Of a DNA stretch of 41,495 nucleotides, positions 28,900 through 38,509 are shown piece after piece. Location of the stretch: the NCBI GenBank assembly GCA_045560915.1, contig JBJKYT010000036.1, positions 1 through 41,495 of the forward strand, written 5' to 3'. Numbering within the stretch: position 1 is the first letter of the stretch; every line of letters begins with the position of its first letter. The notes under the pieces were generated by a model, which was not told where the DNA came from, did no database searches, and saw only the letters and a program-made list of their open reading frames with translations. This stretch comes from Alphaproteobacteria bacterium (GTDB lineage: Bacteria > Pseudomonadota > Alphaproteobacteria > HIMB59 > GCA-002718135). Position numbers and translations under genes: made by a program.

Positions 28900-30072
28900 T
28901 TATTTAGCAAAAAAACTTTTTACTAAATCAACCCAAAAATTTACTCCTACTGGTAAAAGATTGTCATTAAAATCATATTTGGTAGTATGTAAGTGCGCTT
29001 CATGATTTTCATCTTTCTGACCTATATATAAATAAGATCCAGGTTTTTTATTTAAAAAATATGAAAAATCTTCTCCTCCCATTGAAGGTTCAACATCTGT
29101 TATTACATTTTTATCTCCAACTAAATTTTTTGCTACTTCACTTGCAAAAATACTTTCATCTTTAGTATTAACAGTAGGTGGATATCCAGGTTTGTAAATA
29201 AATTCAATATCCCCTCCATTCGCTTGAGCAATTCCTTTAGCAGTATCATTAAGTTTATTTTGTATTAATAGTCTTGTTTTTTCTTTAAATGTTCTAACAG
29301 TACCACCTAAAAAAACTTCATCATCAATAACATTATACGCACTTCCAGCATGAACCTTTGTAATACTAATTAACGCTTTATCTATTGGGCTAGTAACTCT
29401 ACTAATTATTGTTTGAACTGCATTTATTATTTGTGCAGCAATGATAACTGGATCTACACCTAAGTCAGGGATTGCTGCATGTCCCCCCTTTCCTTTAACA
29501 ATGATATCAAACTCATCAACTGCTGCCATCATTGGACCTGTAGAAACTCCAAAATGACCTAAAGGTAATTCAGGCCAATTATGTAATGCATAAACTTCGT
29601 CAATATTAAAATCATTTAAAAGACCTTCATTGATCATTATTTCACCACCACCAAAACCTTCTTCTCCTGGTTGAAAAATGAAATATACTGTTCCATCAAA
29701 ATCATTGTTTTCTTTTAAATATTTTACAGCTCCCAATAACATTGTAGTATGACCATCATGACCGCAAGCATGCATCATACCTTCATTTGAAGATTTATGA
29801 TCAAAATTATTTTTTTCACTCATAGGAAGAGCATCAAAATCAGCTCGTAAACCTATTGATTTTTTACTATCACCTTTTGATCCTTTTACCCAAGCAATTA
29901 AACCTGTATCAGCGTAGCCGTCTTTAAATTCTATATCCCATCCTTTTAATTTATCTTTTATATAAGATGATGTTTTATATTCTTTTAAACCTAATTCAGG
30001 GATCTTATGAAGATCCCTTCTCCATTCCTGCATTTCTTTTTGCATTTGATTTATACTATTTAATATTGGCAT
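28900..30072 (-). CDS. M20D amidohydrolase (hippurate hydrolase-like)
   Basis: RRDLHKIPEL, LRADFDALP, MHACGHDGH, FQPGEEG, GGHAA, GEDFS. Confidence 0.92.
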   Translation of the reverse strand: MPILNSINQMQKEMQEWRRDLHKIPELGLKEYKTSSYIKDKLKGWDIEFKDGYADTGLIAWVKGSKGDSKKSIGLRADFDALPMSEKNNFDHKSSNEGMMHACGHDGHTTMLLGAVKYLKENNDFDGTVYFIFQPGEEGFGGGEIMINEGLLNDFNIDEVYALHNWPELPLGHFGVSTGPMMAAVDEFDIIVKGKGGHAAIPDLGVDPVIIAAQIINAVQTIISRVTSPIDKALISITKVHAGSAYNVIDDEVFLGGTVRTFKEKTRLLIQNKLNDTAKGIAQANGGDIEFIYKPGYPPTVNTKDESIFASEVAKNLVGDKNVITDVEPSMGGEDFSYFLNKKPGSYLYIGQKDENHEAHLHTTKYDFNDNLLPVGVNFWVDLVKSFFAK

Positions 30073-30686
30073 TAGAATATTCCAAATAATCCTTTTTTAT
30101 TTAATCTATCTTCACATTTTTTTAATTGATTGTTATAGATATTTGTTTTTCTTTCAACATTTTTAGCAACATCAATCAACCATTTTTTAGAGTTATAAGA
30201 TTTATTTTTCCATCCATTATGACCTTCATGATATGCTAAGTATTGATTATAGTAATCATTTTTTGATATACCTAAAATATTCTCAGTTTGAGTAGTATAC
30301 CAGCCTATAAAATCAGTAATATCTTTAAAGTTAGCTCTAGAAGCATTTGAGTTTCCAGTACGATTTTTATACCAATCCCATGTAGGATTAGTAACCTGAG
30401 CATATCCAAAAGCTGAAGATGGTCTACTTCCTGGTATCAATCCTAAAAGTCTTTTTCTTTTAGGTTTAGCAAATTGTTTAAATGAAGATTCTTGATTAAT
30501 TATTGCAAGTTGCAAAGATATTGGTGTACCCCATTTTGTATAGCTATTTTTTGTTGATTTATACCAACTTTTTTTTTCTTCAAAAATAATACAACTATCT
30601 GCCGTATTAACATTATCAATTGAAGAGCAAGCAACAATGAAAATAAGTAAAATTGAGGACAAAATTAGGATTTTTTCTAAACGCAT
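30072..30686 (-). CDS. lipoprotein with SLT-like (lytic transglycosylase) domain
   Basis: Lipobox IVAC, NQESSF catalytic Glu motif, SSAFGYAQ, YLAYHEG; start MRLEK at 30686 preferred. Confidence 0.75.
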   Translation of the reverse strand: MRLEKILILSSILLIFIVACSSIDNVNTADSCIIFEEKKSWYKSTKNSYTKWGTPISLQLAIINQESSFKQFAKPKRKRLLGLIPGSRPSSAFGYAQVTNPTWDWYKNRTGNSNASRANFKDITDFIGWYTTQTENILGISKNDYYNQYLAYHEGHNGWKNKSYNSKKWLIDVAKNVERKTNIYNNQLKKCEDRLNKKGLFGIF

Positions 30687-30791
30687 AGATAGGTTTAATA
30701 ACATAAATATATGTATATAGACAAAAATATGGCAAAAAAAGATTGTAAGATATTGAATATTTAATATGAGTGATTAAATTTTGTAAAGGTT

Positions 30792-32657
30792 ATGGAAAAT
30801 TCGACTAAAAAAAGGGAAAATTTAGCTTTTCAGGCAGAAGTTAGCAAACTTTTAGATTTGGTAGCTAATTCTTTGTACAGTGAAAGAGAAATTTTTCTTA
30901 GAGAGCTTATTTCAAATTCAGCCGATGCTTGTGAAAAATTAAGATATTTAGCTTTATCAAAAAAAAATATTTTAGGGGGGAGTAAGATTTTAGAAATTAA
31001 AATAAATGTTTCTAAAAAAAGAAAAATAATAGAAATTGAAGACAATGGCATTGGAATGTCTCGTCAAGATTTAATTGATAATCTTGGCACAATAGCAAGA
31101 TCTGGAACAAATAAATTTATAGAATCAATAAAATCAAAAAAAACTAACGATATATCAGCAATAGGCCAATTTGGAGTTGGTTTCTATTCTTCCTATATGG
31201 TTGCTGATACAGTAGCTGTTCATTCAAAAAATGTAGAAAATGACTCTTCACATTTATGGATTTCTAATGGAAAAGATAATTATACAATTGAGGAACTAAA
31301 AAAAGAAGATAGGGGAACCAAAATTTCTCTTAATATAAAAAAAGACTCTGAAGAATTTCTTGATAGTATGAGACTTAGATCGATAATTTCTAAATATTCA
31401 AATTATATTCCTTTTCCAATTTATTTAAAAGATCTAGACACGAAGGATAAAGAAGAAAAAATAAATGAAGGCAATCCATTATGGTTAAAAGATAAAAAAG
31501 ATATAAAAATAGAAGATTATAAACAATTTTATAATAATATTTCATTCAATTTTGACGAACCATTAAAAACAATTCATTTTAATGCTGAAGGTGTAATAAA
31601 TTACAAAGCTCTTTTATATCTTCCTACTAATCAACCTATGGATTTATTTAATTCTGAAAGAAAAAATAAAATAAAATTATATGTACAAAAAGTTTTTATT
31701 ACTGATGAATGTGATGAAATCATGCCAAATTGGCTTCGTTTTGTTCCCGGCGTAGTGGACTCACAAGATATTTCACTAAATATAAGTAGAGAAATGCTAC
31801 AAAACAATCCAGTAATTGAAAAAATTAAAAAAGGAATAACGAATAAAGTTTTAAATGAAATAAATACTCTTTCTACTAAAGATAATAAAAATTTTTTAAA
31901 TTTTTGGAAAAATTTTGGAGCGGTAATTAAAGAAGGTCTCTATGAATTTAATGATCATCATGAAAAACTTCTATCATTACTTAGGTTTGAAAATTCATAT
32001 AATAATGACTCAATATCCTTGGATGATTATGTAAAAAACATGACAAAGGATCAAAAAGAAATATATTATTTTGCAAATACAGACAAAGAACATATTAAAA
32101 ATTCACCACAGCTAGAAGCATTTATATATAAAAAAATCCCTGTTTTATTTATGACAGATGCTGTTGATGAATTTTGGCTTCAAAATATTAATAAATACAA
32201 AGAATTTGAATTTAAATCTATTTCTAAAGGAAAAGTTGATATATCTAATCTAGGTACTTCACAAAAAGATAAAAAAGGATCTAGTAAAAAAATAAATAAT
32301 AAAATCAATGATTTAACTTCATTGTTAAAGAAAGAACTTAAAGATAAAATTTCTGATGTAATAATTTCGGATAGATTAACTAAAAGTCCTGTTTTGTTAG
32401 TAGCTGAAGAATCAGGGATGGACATAAACATGGAAAAGTTAATGAAAATGCACAATCAAAAAACTCCGGAATCTAAAAAGGTTTTAGAAATTAATGCTGA
32501 ACACCCTATGATAGTAAAAATATCTGAAAATCTTAATAATTTTAATCATAAAAAAGTATCTCAAATGATTTTAGATCAAGCAAATATACTAGATGGAAAT
32601 ATTCTATCAAACCCAACAAGTTATATGGAAAATTTAACAGATCTTTTTATTAAATAA
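30792..32657 (+). CDS. htpG: molecular chaperone HtpG (Hsp90)
   Basis: FQAEV, IFLRELISN, DNGIGM, IGQFGVGFYS, LNISREMLQ. Confidence 0.97.
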   Translation: MENSTKKRENLAFQAEVSKLLDLVANSLYSEREIFLRELISNSADACEKLRYLALSKKNILGGSKILEIKINVSKKRKIIEIEDNGIGMSRQDLIDNLGTIARSGTNKFIESIKSKKTNDISAIGQFGVGFYSSYMVADTVAVHSKNVENDSSHLWISNGKDNYTIEELKKEDRGTKISLNIKKDSEEFLDSMRLRSIISKYSNYIPFPIYLKDLDTKDKEEKINEGNPLWLKDKKDIKIEDYKQFYNNISFNFDEPLKTIHFNAEGVINYKALLYLPTNQPMDLFNSERKNKIKLYVQKVFITDECDEIMPNWLRFVPGVVDSQDISLNISREMLQNNPVIEKIKKGITNKVLNEINTLSTKDNKNFLNFWKNFGAVIKEGLYEFNDHHEKLLSLLRFENSYNNDSISLDDYVKNMTKDQKEIYYFANTDKEHIKNSPQLEAFIYKKIPVLFMTDAVDEFWLQNINKYKEFEFKSISKGKVDISNLGTSQKDKKGSSKKINNKINDLTSLLKKELKDKISDVIISDRLTKSPVLLVAEESGMDINMEKLMKMHNQKTPESKKVLEINAEHPMIVKISENLNNFNHKKVSQMILDQANILDGNILSNPTSYMENLTDLFIK

Positions 32658-33588
32658 CAGAATTATTAATTTTATTTTTTAAAAAATATTCAACAAACTG
32701 ATTAGCTACCATTTCAGCTACAATAATTTGTGCCTCAATAGTAGATGCAGCAATATGTGGTGTTAATAATACATTTTCTAAACCAAAAAGAATATTTTTA
32801 GTAGCTGGTTCAGTATCAAAAACATCAATAGCGGCCCCTGCTATTTTATTATTTTTTATTGCCTCACATAAATCAATTTCTGATACAAGGTTACCTCTTG
32901 CGGTATTAATAATAACTGCATTGCTTTTCATTTGATTAATTTCATTAGTATTTATTATAGAAGATCCATCTTTATTTGGCTTACAGTGAAAACTCACAAT
33001 ATCAGCATCTTTCAAAACGTTATTTAAATCAGAAGATATATATTCAGGAAAATCATCCTTAATACTATTAAAAAATTTAGAAACTATTAAAATTTTTAGT
33101 CCAAGAGAATGACAAATTTCAGCAAATCTTTTACCCACATTTCCAAAACCAATAATTCCTAATGTCTTTCCTCTTATCTCATTACCTTTTAATTTTTTTT
33201 TAGCCCATTCTCCTTTATGAGTAGTTATATTTGCTTTAACTATCTTTCTAGATAGAGATAATAGTAATGCCAGAGTATGTTCTGCCGTTGCATTAGTGTT
33301 ACCACCTGGTGTGTTCATTACTATAATATTTTTTTCTTTAGCTGATAATAAATCAATATTATCAACTCCTGCTCCAGCTCTACCAATAATTTTTAAATTT
33401 TTAGCCTTTTCTATAATTTCTTTTGTTACTTTTGTTGCTGATCTGACAATCAATCCGTCATATATTGAAATGTTTGCAATAAGATCTTCTATAGAAAAAT
33501 CTGTTATAACATCTACTTCAATATTGTTAGATAGGAGTATTTTTTCAGCAATACTATCCATAGCATCAGAAATAAGAACTTTAGGCAT
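32650..33588 (-). CDS. serA: D-3-phosphoglycerate dehydrogenase, short form without ASB/ACT domains
   Basis: GLIVRSATKV, GRAGAGVDNID, GIIGFGNVG, INTARG, LTPHIAASTIEAQ; overlaps the serC end. Confidence 0.9.
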   Translation of the reverse strand: MPKVLISDAMDSIAEKILLSNNIEVDVITDFSIEDLIANISIYDGLIVRSATKVTKEIIEKAKNLKIIGRAGAGVDNIDLLSAKEKNIIVMNTPGGNTNATAEHTLALLLSLSRKIVKANITTHKGEWAKKKLKGNEIRGKTLGIIGFGNVGKRFAEICHSLGLKILIVSKFFNSIKDDFPEYISSDLNNVLKDADIVSFHCKPNKDGSSIINTNEINQMKSNAVIINTARGNLVSEIDLCEAIKNNKIAGAAIDVFDTEPATKNILFGLENVLLTPHIAASTIEAQIIVAEMVANQFVEYFLKNKINNSVI

Positions 33589-34744
33589 AAGAACCTTTTA
33601 CTTTAATATAAGCCCATTCTAACCAAGGTAATAACAATTTAATATTATGTGGTTCAATTGTTCCACCGCCCCAAACTCTGAAAGAAGGGGGTGCCTTAGC
33701 ATATCCATTTATATCGTAAGCAATATTCTCTTCTGAGAGTATTTTGCATATTTGTTTAACAATTAATTTTTGATCATCTTCATTTTTAGATAAATACCAA
33801 TCTTCACAAATTTTAAATGTAATACTTGTATTAGATAAATATTCCTTACTTTTGTTATTTGATAAAAAAGTTACCCAATCATTATTTTCAATCCAATTAT
33901 AAATTATATCAAAAGATTTTTTTGAAGTTTCTAGTAAAAATTCTAAACCACCATTTTCTTTAGCCCAATTAAGTCCATCTAGTGCATCTTCAACACATAT
34001 CATCGAAGGAGTATTGATTGTGCTTCCTTCAAATATACCTTTAATAATTTTATTATTATCAGCTATTCTAAATAGTTTTGGAATTGGCCATTTAGGAGAA
34101 TGTTCTTCTAATCTTTTTAAAGCTCTAGGAGACATAGCAATCATTCCATGAGCAGCTTCTCCTCCTAAAACTTTTTGCCAAGACCAAGTGAGAACATCAC
34201 ATTTAGAATAATCAATAGGCATTGCAAAAATGGCTGATGTAGCATCACAAATAGTTAAGCCATCTCTATCATCAGGTATCCAGTTAGAATCTGGAACTTT
34301 TACTCCTGAGGTGGTGCCATTCCATGTAAAAATTACATCATTTTTAAAATTAATTTTTGTTAAATCAGGAAAATCTCCATAATTTACATCATGAATATTT
34401 AAATTTGATAATTGAAGTTGCTTTAAAACATCTTTAACCCAGTCTTTACCAAAGTTTTCCCATGCTAATATATCAACTCCCTTTAATCCTAATAAAGACC
34501 ATAAAGAAGCTTCAAGGGCACCAGTATCTGATCCTGGCAAAATACCTACTACATAATCACTAGGGAGATTTAGTATTTCTTTTGATTTATCAATTACAAG
34601 CTTTAACTTTAATTTTGCTTCACCAGATCGGTGAGATCTTCCTGTTTTAGCATTAACTAAATTTTCAATCTTCCAACCTGGTCTTTTTGCACAAGGACCA
34701 CTTGAAAAATTTGGATTATTTGGTTTTTTAGATGGTTTTTCCAT
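33581..34744 (-). CDS. serC: phosphoserine aminotransferase (alphaproteobacterial type)
   Basis: FSSGPCAKRPGW, GRSHRS, SDTGA, WNGTTSGV, DATSA, SWQKVLGGEAAHG, TINTPSM. Confidence 0.93.
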   Translation of the reverse strand: MEKPSKKPNNPNFSSGPCAKRPGWKIENLVNAKTGRSHRSGEAKLKLKLVIDKSKEILNLPSDYVVGILPGSDTGALEASLWSLLGLKGVDILAWENFGKDWVKDVLKQLQLSNLNIHDVNYGDFPDLTKINFKNDVIFTWNGTTSGVKVPDSNWIPDDRDGLTICDATSAIFAMPIDYSKCDVLTWSWQKVLGGEAAHGMIAMSPRALKRLEEHSPKWPIPKLFRIADNNKIIKGIFEGSTINTPSMICVEDALDGLNWAKENGGLEFLLETSKKSFDIIYNWIENNDWVTFLSNNKSKEYLSNTSITFKICEDWYLSKNEDDQKLIVKQICKILSEENIAYDINGYAKAPPSFRVWGGGTIEPHNIKLLLPWLEWAYIKVKGSYA

Positions 34745-34747
34745 ATT

Positions 34748-35938
34748 CTAATTAAATTCATAAACTACCAACCCATCAAGAGGCTTAGGATCAAACCAAG
34801 TTGATTTAGGTGGCATAGTCAAATTGTTATCAGCAACTCTAATAACATCTGTTATCTTAGATGGAAAGATTGAAAAAGCTACACTGTCAGGATTTTCATC
34901 TACTTTTTTTTCTAAAGCAGAAAGTCCATGACAACCTGCTATAAACCTTATTCTTTCATCATTATTAACATCTTTGATATTAAGCATTTTTGTTAAACAA
35001 AAATGATTTAATATATTAATATCCAAAGAATCAATAAAGTTATCAGAAGTGAGTGAATTAATAAATTCAAGAATATACCATTGTTTATCATGGTACATAC
35101 CAAATTCATTCTTAGTAGATGGCTTGTGTGGTTTATCTGTTTTTAAAATTTTAAAATCATTAGATAGATTTTTTATAAATTGCTCTTTAGAAAGGCCATT
35201 TAAATCTTTTATAACTCTATTATAATCAAAAATTTTACATTCATCTGAAGGAAAAGCAGCAATCATAAATCTTTTATTTAATGGATTAATTTTATTTATG
35301 TACTGCATTGCACCCATTCTATGATGGCCATCTGCGATATATAAATGGTTAATATTTTTCGCTAAATTCTTAAATTCTCGAATAAAATTTTTATCATTAA
35401 CACACCACAGTTTATGAATTGATTTATCAAAGCTTTCAAAATCATATGTTGGGGAATTCTTAGTAATAGATAATAGTAAACTAGCAACATTATCTTCAGA
35501 TGGATAAGAAACATAAATTGGACCAATTTGAGTACTAATATTCATCATTTGATCAGCTCTTTCAATTTTTCTATTTTCATAGATTTTTTCGTGTGGTTTA
35601 ATTATATTTTTTTCAAAATCATTAATAGAAGCAAGAGATAAAAATCCTAATTGAGAGTGCTTGCCAAGTTGAATTTGATAAATATAAAAATTTAATTCAT
35701 TATCTTTTTTAATAACATCATTTAATTTCATTTCATTAAAATGTTCACGTGCTTCAAATAAAGAATCTTTTTCTTTTAACTGACCTACAGGATTTAATAT
35801 TTTTAAATAATTCCAGTAATTATTTTTTCTAAAAATTTCTATATTTTCAATACTTAAATGATCAGTAGATGGAGCAATTAAATTTTTTGCGTCTTGATTG
35901 TAGGGACGGGTACCATGGAAAGGCCAAATATCTACCAT
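34748..35938 (-). CDS. DUF1015 family protein
   Basis: IKPHEK, LYIADGHHR, I-x-D-YNRV and C-terminal MPPKSTWFDPKPLDGL. Confidence 0.9.
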   Translation of the reverse strand: MVDIWPFHGTRPYNQDAKNLIAPSTDHLSIENIEIFRKNNYWNYLKILNPVGQLKEKDSLFEAREHFNEMKLNDVIKKDNELNFYIYQIQLGKHSQLGFLSLASINDFEKNIIKPHEKIYENRKIERADQMMNISTQIGPIYVSYPSEDNVASLLLSITKNSPTYDFESFDKSIHKLWCVNDKNFIREFKNLAKNINHLYIADGHHRMGAMQYINKINPLNKRFMIAAFPSDECKIFDYNRVIKDLNGLSKEQFIKNLSNDFKILKTDKPHKPSTKNEFGMYHDKQWYILEFINSLTSDNFIDSLDINILNHFCLTKMLNIKDVNNDERIRFIAGCHGLSALEKKVDENPDSVAFSIFPSKITDVIRVADNNLTMPPKSTWFDPKPLDGLVVYEFN

Positions 35939-35945
35939 TTATTTT

Positions 35946-36066
35946 TATCTAGCCCTCTGTTGATTATAAAAAATCTTCAGATATTAATTACAAAGGTCCT
36001 TTTGCCTGAGAGTTTCCGGGACGTTGCTCCTTCGGCGTTAATATAATTAATCTCTCCCAATGTAAT
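35946..36066 (-). promoter_or_regulatory. glycine riboswitch: one full aptamer (36066-35987) plus a degenerate 3' stem
   Basis: Minus strand reads attacattGGGAGAGA-ttaattatattaa-CGCCGAAGGAGCAAcgtcccGGAAACTCTCAGGCAAAAGGACctttgtaat, the conserved glycine aptamer core closed by a P1 stem. Confidence 0.92.
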
Positions 36067-36123
36067 AAAACATTAATATATTTTATGAATAAATAATATA
36101 TATAAATGCAAATATATTAGTAT

Positions 36124-37487
36124 TTATGAAACTTCAGGTAAATTTGCCATTGCTTTATTAACTGATTCTTCTTCAAAAACATCATCGGCAAGCTTTCCTG
36201 TAAAATAATCATCGTAAGCAGACATATCAAAATGTCCATGACCACAAAGATTGAAAAGAATAGTTTTAGATTCACCTTTTTTCTTACATTCTAAAGCTGC
36301 ATCTATAGCTCCTTTTACAGCATGAGTGGCTTCTGGGGCTGGAATTATGCCTTCTTGTTTTCCAAAATTAACACCAGCTTCAAAACATTCTTTTTGACCA
36401 TAAGCTTTAGCTCTCATTAAACCAAGTTCATACAAGTGACTTAAATGATAAGACATACCATGATATCTTAAACCGCCTGAATGGTTAGCTGGAGGTAGAA
36501 AATCTGATCCTAGTGTATGCATTTTTATAAGTGGTGTCATTTTAGCCATGTCACCATGATCATATGCGTATTTACCTTTAGTAAAAGAAGGGCAAGATAA
36601 AGGTTCACATCCAATTATATCTATTTTTTTACCACCACGTAATTGCTGACCTAAAAAAGGAAACATTAAACCTGATAAGTTACTTCCTCCTCCGGTACAT
36701 CCAACAATAATATCAGGATAATCACCAGCTTGCTCCATTTGCAATATAGCTTCATTACCATTAATTGTTTGATGCATTAAAACATGTCCTAAAACACTAC
36801 CTAAAGAATATTTTGCTTTGCCTTCACTTTAACTACTGACTCAATTGCATCAGAAATGGCAATGCCTAAACTACCTGGATTATTAGGGTCTTCTTCTAAT
36901 AGTTTTTTTCCAAAATCAGTTAAAGAAGATGGGCTTGGATTACATTTAGCTCCAAATGACTGCATCATTAGTTTTCTATAAGGTTTTTGGTCAAAACTGA
37001 TTTTAACCATAAAAACTTCAATATCTATTCCAAACATTTGTCCAGCAAATGCTAAAGAACTACCCCATTGTCCAGCTCCAGTCTCAGTAAATATTTTTTT
37101 TACACCCTCTTCTTTGTTAAAAAAAGCCTGTGGTACAGCTGTATTTGGCTTATGACTACCAGTAGGGCTGACTCCTTCATATTTATAATAAATTTTAGCA
37201 GGAGTATCTAAGAATTTTTCTAGTCTTCTAGCTCTAAATAAAGGTGAAGGTCTCCACTGTTTATATATTTCTCTTACTGGTTCAGGTATTTCAATTTCTC
37301 TTTCAGTTGAGACTTCTTGGAGAATCAATCCCATTGGAAATAATGGTGCAAAATCATCAGGTCCAGCTGGTTGTTTTGTTCCAGGATGCAAAGGTGGAGG
37401 TGGTGGACTTGGTAAGTCAGCGTTTATATTATACCAAAATTTAGGTGCTTTAGATTCTTCAAGTAAATATTTAATTGTTTCAGACAT
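36124..37487 (-). CDS. trpB2: tryptophan synthase beta chain, TrpB2 type; single-base frameshift near 36828-36830
   Basis: [51 protein letters not shown]. Adding one A joins the two ORFs via [22 protein letters not shown]. Confidence 0.9.
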
Positions 37488-37531
37488 AATAAAGATATAT
37501 TGAACTAAAAAATAAAAAAGATCAATAGAAA

Positions 37532-37615
37532 ATGAAATTTAATGCTGGAATTACAACTATATTTATAGCAATATTGCTAATTGCATATGCTTTCATTAGT
37601 TATTACTTGCACTAA
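37532..37615 (+). CDS. putative 27-aa single-TM peptide (not in ORF track)
   Basis: [27 protein letters not shown]; its stop overlaps the convergent EamA stop (CTAA), like other gene pairs here. Confidence 0.45.
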   Translation: MKFNAGITTIFIAILLIAYAFISYYLH

Positions 37616-38506
37616 AATAATTTAATTTTTTTTTGACTTATAAAAACTCCTATCAAAATAAGAAATACTCCTATTCCAATACTAAAAGTTATTGTTTCTT
37701 TTAAAAAAATGTATCCCCATAAAATTCCAAAAGCTGGAATTAAATATGCAACATATGAAAGAAATATTGGACCAGCTTTAGAAATTATATGAAATCTTAA
37801 TTGAAATGCTATAGCAGTAGGAAATAATCCTAAATATATTATAGTTAAAAAAGAAGTACTATTAAATGATGAAGGGTAAATTAATTCTGCATAAATCATA
37901 AAAGGAAATGAAATTATTGCTGCTGCAGTTATTACTAAAGTTGTTAAAGTCATAGTATCTATATTTTTTAAATTATATGCAAGAATAGAAGAAATCACAT
38001 AACCCATAGCAGCTATAATAATTGCAAATTTAGGAATAAAATAAGATTCATTATCTGTAAAATTACTAATACTATCAAAACCAATAATAAAAAAAACTCC
38101 GACTAATCCAATAGTAATTGATATAAACTTTAATAGAGTAAAATTATCATCTTTGGTTAATATAGGCGCTAAAATTAGAGTAAAAATAGGTGCAACAGAT
38201 AATAATAATGCAGTAGTATTAGACTGTATAAATTGTTCTGACCAATTAATTAAAAAAAAGGGATAATATTTCCAATAATACCTATAAGAGTTATCAAGAT
38301 GAGTAATCTTATATTAAGATTAAAAACATATTTTTTATAAAAAAAATTGTAAGTAAGAATAAAGAAGCAATAATTAATCTTAAAGATGCAATAGAAATAG
38401 GATTTACAAATTGTACAGAAATTTTAATTGCAATAAATGCGGAGCCCCAAATTGCGCTTAATATAATTAATAAAGTAAGATTATTTGTAAAAAAATTTTT
38501 TATCAA
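37612..38506 (-). CDS. DMT/EamA transporter broken by two single-base deletions (near 38331-38336 and 38252-38259)
   Basis: IWGSAFIAIK ... GNIIPFF/LINWSEQFIQS ... YLGLFPTAIAF ... YLIPAFG form one EamA protein once one base is added to each homopolymer run. Confidence 0.8.
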
Positions 38507-38509
38507 AAA

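Noticed and set aside
30687-30791. Heat-shock control element (CIRCE or RpoH promoter) before htpG
   Set aside because: No CIRCE inverted repeat and no convincing RpoH -35/-10 pair visible.
36780-36840. Programmed ribosomal frameshift in trpB2
   Set aside because: No clear slippery heptamer or stimulatory structure, and three similar indels lie within 2 kb; a sequencing artefact is simpler.
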